Under the pieces are notes generated by a model. That model did not search any database. It was not told where the DNA came from and saw nothing but the letters and a program-made list of their open reading frames with translations. A DNA stretch of 64,000 nucleotides from Candidatus Hodarchaeota archaeon (GTDB taxonomy: Archaea > Asgardarchaeota > Heimdallarchaeia > Hodarchaeales > Hodarchaeaceae), in assembly GCA_016840035.1 (NCBI GenBank), contig JAEOTC010000077.1, positions 1-64,000 of the forward strand, in the 5' to 3' direction. The position numbers were made by a program, and so were the translations under genes. How positions within the stretch are numbered: the stretch's first letter is position 1; each line of letters starts with the position of its first letter. This document shows positions 27,899-35,454 of this stretch, in pieces.

Positions 27899-28858
27899 CT
27901 AAGGGGGAGAGGCAATAACACCGATAAAGAGCCACAAGAAAGCAAACGCCATCAGCATGGATGCTAGTTTGAAGATTCTAAATGTCCGTATTTGTGTGGG
28001 ATTTCGAAGATTGTTAAGTGACATCCATATCATATAGAAACAGAAGGCGAATAATGGGATCAGAGGTAGAAATCGAATCTCTAACACCATTCCAGTTAAA
28101 GCGATTAGTATTGTACTTAAGATAGCAGAGAGAGTGATTACTTTAATTGTCTGGTTTTTACTTCGTATGACTGGCCACATTGGAACCTGTGCATTTCGAT
28201 AACCTTCAAGATTTTTAGGGAGTAAAGCTAATGTTAGGATGTGTAAGGGAATCCAACATAATACAAATAACCCCATTAAAATCCCTGGAATAGTGATTGA
28301 TGCGGAAACAGCTGTGGCTCCTGCTAATGCAGGGAGGCCCCCTGCAATTCCACCAAAGATTATAGAAAATCGTGTTCTCCTCTTCAATAAGTAGGAATAA
28401 ACAACCACATCAAAAAAAGCCCCGAGGAAAACGACCACTGAGGTCAGGAGATCCACAAAAATCGCAATTGCTAATATTCCTGCAATTGTAAAGAGGAAAC
28501 CGTGTTTAAGAACCGTCTTAGGTGAGATTTTTCCCATGGGGAGTGGTCGATCTCTTGTTCTTTCCATAAGAGCATCAATATCCCGGTCAATATACATATT
28601 TAACAGAGTACTTCCCGAAATAGCGAAAAACACTCCCACGTTCAACCACAGAAATACGCTCAAACTAATCCCAGTCCACCAAGCACTGATGAGGTAAGCA
28701 AAGAATGTAGTGTAAAGTAACAAGAATGTTTGCTTACTCTTAATCAACTCTCCATAAAGAAAAAAGGGAGTAGTTGTGGTTGTGGAGACTGTTGCTTGCT
28801 CGTAGTCATGTAAGTATTCAGGAGAGTCCATGTCTGTCATATGTTTCCATTTCACCAC
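27899..28858 (-). CDS. ctaB: Protoheme IX farnesyltransferase (heme O synthase), copy 1
   Basis: NMYIDRDIDALMERTRDRPLPMG, VYSYLLKRRT, GGIAGGLP, W.PLHI, Y..A.VPM; start may be ATG 28840. Confidence 0.88.
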   Translation of the reverse strand: MVKWKHMTDMDSPEYLHDYEQATVSTTTTTPFFLYGELIKSKQTFLLLYTTFFAYLISAWWTGISLSVFLWLNVGVFFAISGSTLLNMYIDRDIDALMERTRDRPLPMGKISPKTVLKHGFLFTIAGILAIAIFVDLLTSVVVFLGAFFDVVVYSYLLKRRTRFSIIFGGIAGGLPALAGATAVSASITIPGILMGLFVLCWIPLHILTLALLPKNLEGYRNAQVPMWPVIRSKNQTIKVITLSAILSTILIALTGMVLEIRFLPLIPLFAFCFYMIWMSLNNLRNPTQIRTFRIFKLASMLMAFAFLWLFIGVIASPP

Positions 28859-28880
28859 TTTTGAGATTGTTTTATGTTAC

Positions 28881-30503
28881 TTATTCTGGCCAATCCTTGA
28901 CATCATGTCGACCTTTTATGATCTGAATCAATTGATTAAAGCAGAGAATTGCTAATGCGATTACAAAAAGCATGATTCCTAAATCCATAACAATTGGTAA
29001 CCAATTTCCAAAACCAAATAGCTCCTGTGCTTTCCAAAAGGCTGCTACATCTTCAAACATGCCAAGAGATAATGGATCAGAAGGAGTAATACTATCTGCC
29101 CAAGCTAGATCAAAGTGTGGAAAATATAGGTAGATAGCACCAAGACCAAATGCCACAACACTTCCTGCAAGGAATAACCAACCCATTACATTTCTGATTG
29201 ATCCCTTTATATCGAGTACATCAATTAGAAGTAACACCAACATGATTGCAGAAAGGGTAGCTAAAATGTGCCAATGACCGCGAGCTACAGTCGTTTCAAC
29301 TGCTAATGGACCCTCTCTAAAGGCAGGTATTTTCAGTATTTCTGTAAAAGGGGATGGATCATCACCACCTCGAAGACTGAGTGCAAGGAAAATTCCACCA
29401 AAAGTCATAACAAAATTGACCCAAATAAAATGGAAATAGAGAGAAAATCTCACAGGATCCTTGAAAATGGCTTTAACCTTGGTAGACGATGAGGAAGAAT
29501 CATAGTCTCCACCAAGGAACTCTTTACTTAATTTTTTCCAACCAGTTAAGGCCAAAATTAAGCCAACTGTTACAAGAATTGCAGATCCTGCATATATCAA
29601 ATAATGCATATCAAATGGGTAACTAATTATTTCGTTAAAAGTAACAGCCCATGACCCAATTGACATGATTAACATACCAGGTATTGCTAAGGCCATAGAT
29701 AATCCATACCATTTTCCTTTTTGATCTTGTACAGTATATCGATATACAACTAATAAAATAATTACATCGATAAGCGCAAGCATGATATGCAAGTGTGCTT
29801 TTACCGCATCCACTAATACATGATCATATTCAAGTGCATATGTTTCAATTACCTCTGGACGGAGAAAATATTCAGCTAATAGTGGTATCATGCCATTTCC
29901 AAAGAAAGACCCGATTACTCCACCAAGAATGACACTAAGTAGAATACAAACCGTAAGAAGGGTTACCGCATATTGGCCAAGAAGAATATTCCGTCTATTT
30001 TCCGCATCACGTTTTGGGAATGAACCCGTTGGAAAAACACCTAGTAATAGCATAATTCCTGCATAGAAACAAAGAGAAAGTCCAACAAGGTAAAAACCGT
30101 GGAAAATCCATCCCTTGGGATCTATATAGGCAAATATTATACCACTTCCTGAAGCAAAAATACTACCAATGAACAATGGCCATTTAACCCGTGTTTTGAA
30201 TTTTTCACGGACATCCATGAACATTAGTACAAAATATGTACATACTGCAACCACTGGTACAGCTATACTGTGGTAAAGGATAATAATTCGTCCTGCTCTA
30301 TCTACAAAATCATCTGATAGCTCAATAGGCAATAGAGGTTTTCCAAAAATGAGTTTTATGGGTTCAGAAAATGTAGAGAGGAATAAAATTATTACAAAGA
30401 GCCACACAAGGGTAAACGTTATCATTCCTTTGTAAGTCGCGCCATAGTTAATTTTTCTTTTCAACCAATCGGTTTTTGAATCAGTAGTATCTACTGTATC
30501 CAT
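28881..30503 (-). CDS. ~12-TM His-containing membrane protein; divergent heme-copper oxidase subunit I-like
   Basis: Three 4-TM pseudo-repeats with His at LYH78, AH237LH239 and GH410WH412; TFGGIFLA...ETTVARGHWHIL resembles Cox1 helices IX-X; co-oriented with two heme O synthases. Confidence 0.55.
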   Translation of the reverse strand: MDTVDTTDSKTDWLKRKINYGATYKGMITFTLVWLFVIILFLSTFSEPIKLIFGKPLLPIELSDDFVDRAGRIIILYHSIAVPVVAVCTYFVLMFMDVREKFKTRVKWPLFIGSIFASGSGIIFAYIDPKGWIFHGFYLVGLSLCFYAGIMLLLGVFPTGSFPKRDAENRRNILLGQYAVTLLTVCILLSVILGGVIGSFFGNGMIPLLAEYFLRPEVIETYALEYDHVLVDAVKAHLHIMLALIDVIILLVVYRYTVQDQKGKWYGLSMALAIPGMLIMSIGSWAVTFNEIISYPFDMHYLIYAGSAILVTVGLILALTGWKKLSKEFLGGDYDSSSSSTKVKAIFKDPVRFSLYFHFIWVNFVMTFGGIFLALSLRGGDDPSPFTEILKIPAFREGPLAVETTVARGHWHILATLSAIMLVLLLIDVLDIKGSIRNVMGWLFLAGSVVAFGLGAIYLYFPHFDLAWADSITPSDPLSLGMFEDVAAFWKAQELFGFGNWLPIVMDLGIMLFVIALAILCFNQLIQIIKGRHDVKDWPE

Positions 30504-30514
30504 TGAAAATCACC

Positions 30515-31201
30515 TTAGAATAGGTTACTAATCACAGGAATGTCAACTTTCCATTTCTTGGGTAATCCAATTCCTAGGACAAACAAAACTCCTACTATTA
30601 AGAGGAGATAGGGAAGTACATCGAAGACCAAGTTCAATAAGTCTTCATTCCCTGATCCAACTGTAGCCATAGCTAATAAAACTCCACCAAATGAAATTAA
30701 TAACCCACCAATTCCAAAGAAAGCACTTGTCCACTCTGTTTCTTTTGTATACACGGTGTATAATGGCAAAAAGGAAATAATTAATCCAGAGGGAATATGA
30801 ATTGCCATAATAACCATGGAGGCTATATCCAGTTCTAATATACCTAGTTTAATTACCGTTAAGAGTGCAATAACGATTAACGCGTATATGGTATAAAATA
30901 ATCCATATTGTGTGTCATCGAACACAGCATACAAAAGTCCGACAGCAAGTCCTGCTGGGATCAATGCAGCTACAGGGGGGACTAATTCGTGACCTATGGC
31001 ATCTGCCCATCCGAGAAGAATAATTATCACTCCCGAGACGAAAAGTACTAAGAAACTAATAGCCCATGCCAAGTGATATGGTTTTTTAGATACCAAATAT
31101 TCCTTTAATAGGAGGAGGGCTAATACGATTGCCACCACACCTACTACTAGAAGCACAATTGCTCCAATCATATCTGTTTCAAGTAATGACATAAATTTCA
31201 A
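30515..31201 (-). CDS. Hypothetical ~7-TM membrane protein
   Basis: Seven hydrophobic segments; YHLAW and IHIPSG; 11 bp upstream of the His-rich membrane gene. Confidence 0.75.
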   Translation of the reverse strand: MKFMSLLETDMIGAIVLLVVGVVAIVLALLLLKEYLVSKKPYHLAWAISFLVLFVSGVIIILLGWADAIGHELVPPVAALIPAGLAVGLLYAVFDDTQYGLFYTIYALIVIALLTVIKLGILELDIASMVIMAIHIPSGLIISFLPLYTVYTKETEWTSAFFGIGGLLISFGGVLLAMATVGSGNEDLLNLVFDVLPYLLLIVGVLFVLGIGLPKKWKVDIPVISNLF

Positions 31202-31367
31202 CTCAATTTCTAATTTAGATCTTTCTTTTACTAATGAAAGTCTGATTTTGTGAAAGATTTAAACTATCAAGCTTTATCCACAAGAATTCGTGTTTATAAT
31301 ATTCCTGCCAATAGAAGAAACAGGTAACAATTCAGAATAAAGTTTTTGCGAATAAAAAAATTAGCAC

Positions 31368-31383
31368 CTTACTAAATAGTAAG
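31368..31383. promoter_or_regulatory. Perfect inverted repeat, candidate operator of the adjacent HxlR-family regulator
   Basis: CTTACTA-AA-TAGTAAG in the middle of the divergent 31202-31529 intergenic region. Confidence 0.55.
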
Positions 31384-31529
31384 TAAATCTAACATTTCTT
31401 TTGTCCGAAAACCTTGATAACAAAAAACAAGCAGATTATATTAGAGTAAGCAACTAACTTATCTTGATATCCTTATTATATTCCATTTTAATTGTGTAAA
31501 TAGCAACGATTTCTGCTGGATGTGCTAGT

Positions 31530-31970
31530 TTGAACGAAGAAAAAATGGAAGAATGTGCCGCAAGCCTAGCAATGAAAATCTTAGGCCGTAAATGGACACT
31601 GTATATTATTTGTGAGCTTCTGATGTGCCAAGAATTATATTTTAGTCAATTACAAGAACAAATTCAAGGCCATTATAATGAAAAGATCTCTGCACGAGTC
31701 CTATCAGAAAGTCTGAGTCGTTTAGAAGAAAATGGAGTCGTTAATAGAACTGTCCATAGTGAAAGCATGCCGATTCGAGTGGGGTATTCCTTAACTGCAA
31801 AAGGTGATGATTTTGCAGTTATTTTTAGTGCATTGAAGGGTTGGGGAATCAAATGGGGCGGAGTGACAGTCAAAAAATGTAAATCTTTTGCTTGTATTCA
31901 TAATGCTGTTCCCGTTATTGATATTGATGCTGCTAAAGAGCTTTTCCAAATCGGGGAATGCAACGACTAA
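31530..31970 (+). CDS. HxlR/DUF24 (MarR-type) transcriptional regulator, Cys-rich
   Basis: ECAASLAMKILGRKWTLYII, FSQL, ISARVLSESLSRLEENGVV.R, P.RV.YSLT.KG, WG; C-terminal CKSFAC. Confidence 0.9.
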   Translation: MNEEKMEECAASLAMKILGRKWTLYIICELLMCQELYFSQLQEQIQGHYNEKISARVLSESLSRLEENGVVNRTVHSESMPIRVGYSLTAKGDDFAVIFSALKGWGIKWGGVTVKKCKSFACIHNAVPVIDIDAAKELFQIGECND

Positions 31971-32138
31971 TTGAAAAAAAGGAAGTCTGTCGGCCATTTA
32001 AGACGGACAGAGATTATCCCGAAACCAGTTTTAAAATTCGTCCTAATCTTTGAGTAACCCATAATTTTGTAGTCATTATAGTTAAAATAAATATTTCACA
32101 CTAGTGAGTAAAGAAAGCGTTAGGAAGGTGAATACGAA

Positions 32139-32531
32139 ATGAAGCAAAAATTTCCATTTAAAACAGACTATATGTATTTCCAGTATCATGTTCTAGATAT
32201 AGAAAGAGCAAGAGATTTTTATGTGAACACTTTTGATTTTAAAGTAGCTTGGGACGGAGGTAAGGAGGTTGGTTGGTGTGAACTTGATCTTCCCGTAAAA
32301 GGAACTAGATTAGGACTAAATCTTCTCCCTGAAGGATCTAAATTTGTATCAGGTTCGGGAGTTTTATCTTTCGAAGTAACTGACTTAGATAAAGCCAGAG
32401 AAATTCTAAAGGAGAAAGGAGTTCCTTCTGATGAAATTATCGATATACCAGAACTCGTATCATATTTTAATGCTGTTGATTCTGAGGGGAATAAAATCCA
32501 ATTTGTAGGAGAACCACGAATTAAAGAATAA
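32139..32531 (+). CDS. VOC / glyoxalase-bleomycin resistance family protein
   Basis: V.DIERARDFY..TF, LSFEVTDLD, DSEGNKIQF. Confidence 0.85.
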   Translation: MKQKFPFKTDYMYFQYHVLDIERARDFYVNTFDFKVAWDGGKEVGWCELDLPVKGTRLGLNLLPEGSKFVSGSGVLSFEVTDLDKAREILKEKGVPSDEIIDIPELVSYFNAVDSEGNKIQFVGEPRIKE

Positions 32532-32533
32532 AC

Positions 32534-33001
32534 TTATTCTTTTCGAATCTTTTGTTGGGCAAGCATCGCTGATTGAACTATGGGTTTATACCCCGTGCAC
32601 CTACAAAGGTGTTTTTCGAGAGCTTTATTGATATCTTCTTTTCCTACTTCAGGGTTCGCATTAAAAAGCGCATACAACTCCATAATATATCCAGGAGTGC
32701 AGAATCCACATTGAACCCCTGTGGCTTCAATAAATGCTTCCTGAATTGCATGAAGAGAGAAGTCACTTGATATACCCTCAATAGTAACAATATTAGCATT
32801 TTCCAGTTTTCTAGCTTTAGTAATGCAACTTTTCACAGCTTTACCATTAACAACGACGGTACAGGCTCCACAATGACCCTGTTTGCATCCATTTTTTGTA
32901 CCTGTTAGATTTAGCTTCTCACGAAGAATGTCAAGTAACGAATCAGAAGGCTCTACTTCAAATGTATACGCTTTTTTATTAACGATTATATTTAGTTCCA
33001 T
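32534..33001 (-). CDS. Molybdenum hydroxylase small subunit (2x[2Fe-2S]; CoxS/XdhC-like)
   Basis: GTKNGCKQGHCGACTV, QCGFCTPG, HLCRCTGY; ATG 33001 abuts the large-subunit stop (track start 33016). Confidence 0.92.
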   Translation of the reverse strand: MELNIIVNKKAYTFEVEPSDSLLDILREKLNLTGTKNGCKQGHCGACTVVVNGKAVKSCITKARKLENANIVTIEGISSDFSLHAIQEAFIEATGVQCGFCTPGYIMELYALFNANPEVGKEDINKALEKHLCRCTGYKPIVQSAMLAQQKIRKE

Positions 33002-33002
33002 T

Positions 33003-35336
33003 TCATTCTCCTCCATTCCTTAATAATTCAAGCATCCGTTCTGTAGTTACCGGTATGCTTGTTAATGAAATTCCTGTTGCTCTTTGAATTGCATTTAAGA
33101 TGACAGAAGGGGGACCTATAGCTGGATGTTCAGCAATTGGTCGTGCACCAAAGGGGCCATCGGGTTGAGGTGTTTCGATAAAGATACAACTATATTTTTC
33201 AGGCATATCAGAAAGTCTGGGGATGGCATATTTACGTAAATTCGTTGTAATCATGTTACCTGACTCATCATATTCGATTTTCTCTTTTAATGCCTGACCA
33301 ATACCTTGCATTACCCCTCCAGTAATTTGTCCCTCTGCTAAAGCGGGATTAATGATTTTTCCAGCATCTAAAGCCGTAACAAAGTGTAAAATACTGATTT
33401 TTCCAGTTGTTTTATTGATTTTAAGGTCTACTCCTTGACTCCCATATGTCCACTCGTAAGGCTGATACTGACCCGTCTCTAAATCTGGGAAAGTAACATT
33501 ACGAACAACTGATGAACCAGTACTCAGAATCGGATTTCCCAAGGTATGTCCATCTGGGTACTGATAACCTAAAACTAGTTCTTTAAGACTAAGTGTTTTA
33601 TCCTGATAACTTACTCTCGTCCCATTATAAACAATATCATTTAAGGAACAATTCCACACTTCAGCAGCATTTGTTTTAAACTTTTTAATGGCTTCTTCAC
33701 ATGCTATAATGATTGCATTTCCAACTCGCATGGTTGTCATACTTGCAACCGTCTGCCATTCATATGGGGTCAGTTGTGTGTTGATCTCATAATTTATCCG
33801 TATTCGTTCTACTGGAATATGTAGAGTTTGAGATGCAATTTGAGCAAGAACGGTTAAACAACCTTGACCCATTTCTACACCACCAATCGAGATATTAACC
33901 GTTAAATCCTCATTAAATTTTAAAAATACAGTTGAGGATGCATTTGCTGTTTGAACAGGTGATTTTATTAGTCCAACTACTGCACGACCGTAAAAATACT
34001 CTTCATCCTCCGGAGGTAGAGAAGTTTCATTCAATTTTGCCACTGTTTGAGTGAAGCACTTTCTAATATCCCCATTATGTCTAGTAACGATTTGACCTAG
34101 TGAATTCGTGTCACCATGTTGTAAAAAGTTCTTCATTCTCAGTTGATTAGGATTCATATCCAATTTTAGAGCGATTTTATCGATTAAACGTTCAACCATG
34201 AATTGTCCTTCGGGATGGCCATATCCACGAAATGCTCCGACAGGGGTTGAGTTAGTATACACTCCAAAAGACTTGAGATTGCAATTGGGGAAATAATAGG
34301 GGCCAACACAGTTATGACCTCCCGCTAATACAACATTACAACCTGTATCTCCATAAGCACCATCAGAATAATATTGTGTGGCTTCTATTCCAACGAGGGT
34401 ACCGTCACTTTTCGCTCCTAACTTCATGAATCCCTTCATTCCACGTCCCAATACTGATCCAATAAATACTTCTTTTCGAGTTAGAACAAATTTGACGTGA
34501 TAACCTGGGACTAATTTTGCAGCGAGTGTAACAAGTGGTTCAATAGTATAATCACTCTTTCCACCAAAACCCCCTCCAAGATACGGGATATGAATGTGAA
34601 GTTTCGTCATTTGTTTAATATCGAAGTAGTCTGAGAGAACCTCCCTTAACACAAAGGGGGCCTGTGAGCTACTCCATACATGGATGTCTCCTGTATGATC
34701 CCAGCGTGCAATAGCACCATGAGGTTCGATAGCTGCGTGATTCATAAGTGGATACTCGAATTCATCTTCAACTATAATCTCGGCATCCTTAAAAACTTCT
34801 TCATGGTCACCTTTTTTCAATTGGTACATGTAAAAGACGTTTGATTTTGGAATAGGAACAAAAGTAGGTACGTGACGATAGTTTCCATTCTGTTCATGAA
34901 TAAGGGGAGCGTTTGGATCTGCTGCTTCAATGGCATCCAATACAAAAGGTAATTCTTCTAAGTTCACATCAATTTCCTTAATCGCAACTAGTGCTTGGCT
35001 TTCAGTTTCTGCAATAACAACAGCTATAACCTCTCCCGCATGTCTTACTTTATCAATAGCAATTGGGGGTTGATCAAAAATACAAGTGCCGAATAAATGG
35101 TTTTTATCCAAACCTAAAGACTTGCCTGTAAATACTTTATGAACTCCAGGCATTTTTTCCGCGTTGTCTATATTTATTGAGTTAATGATCGCATGAGGCA
35201 CCTTTGCTCTTAATACCTTCATTATTAATGTTCGTGGAAATCGTAAATCATCAATAAATAAAGCTGTGCCCGTAACTTTTTCCTTTGCATCCGCTCTTGG
35301 AATATTGGTCCCTACTACTTTGCCATACAACTTCAA
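33003..35336 (-). CDS. Molybdenum hydroxylase large subunit (xanthine dehydrogenase/aldehyde oxidoreductase family)
   Basis: KVTG.A.F.DD, IEPHG, GGGFGGK, AFRGYG, EMGQG, INP...GQITGG..QG.G, GPFGA...E. Confidence 0.92.
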   Translation of the reverse strand: MKLYGKVVGTNIPRADAKEKVTGTALFIDDLRFPRTLIMKVLRAKVPHAIINSINIDNAEKMPGVHKVFTGKSLGLDKNHLFGTCIFDQPPIAIDKVRHAGEVIAVVIAETESQALVAIKEIDVNLEELPFVLDAIEAADPNAPLIHEQNGNYRHVPTFVPIPKSNVFYMYQLKKGDHEEVFKDAEIIVEDEFEYPLMNHAAIEPHGAIARWDHTGDIHVWSSSQAPFVLREVLSDYFDIKQMTKLHIHIPYLGGGFGGKSDYTIEPLVTLAAKLVPGYHVKFVLTRKEVFIGSVLGRGMKGFMKLGAKSDGTLVGIEATQYYSDGAYGDTGCNVVLAGGHNCVGPYYFPNCNLKSFGVYTNSTPVGAFRGYGHPEGQFMVERLIDKIALKLDMNPNQLRMKNFLQHGDTNSLGQIVTRHNGDIRKCFTQTVAKLNETSLPPEDEEYFYGRAVVGLIKSPVQTANASSTVFLKFNEDLTVNISIGGVEMGQGCLTVLAQIASQTLHIPVERIRINYEINTQLTPYEWQTVASMTTMRVGNAIIIACEEAIKKFKTNAAEVWNCSLNDIVYNGTRVSYQDKTLSLKELVLGYQYPDGHTLGNPILSTGSSVVRNVTFPDLETGQYQPYEWTYGSQGVDLKINKTTGKISILHFVTALDAGKIINPALAEGQITGGVMQGIGQALKEKIEYDESGNMITTNLRKYAIPRLSDMPEKYSCIFIETPQPDGPFGARPIAEHPAIGPPSVILNAIQRATGISLTSIPVTTERMLELLRNGGE

Positions 35337-35454
35337 TTACCAAAAGAGAAAAAGATCATCATCTGTAAAAAAACTTGTTTCTGAATGTTAATGAGACTAT
35401 AATGGTTTGTCAATCCCTCCAGTTAGGGAAAAGTAAAAATTTTCAGGCAAATCT

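Noticed and set aside
28881-30503. Canonical cytochrome c oxidase subunit I or heme A synthase (CtaA); the RPEV segment resembles HPEVY
   Set aside because: No HPEVY His/Tyr, no W-x-H-H, no subunit II nearby and no CtaA E-x-x-H-R motifs; RPEV falls in a predicted loop and is probably coincidental
33003-35336. Aerobic CO dehydrogenase (coxL form I)
   Set aside because: The active-site loop is AFRGYG rather than AYxCSFR, and there is no coxM or cox accessory gene
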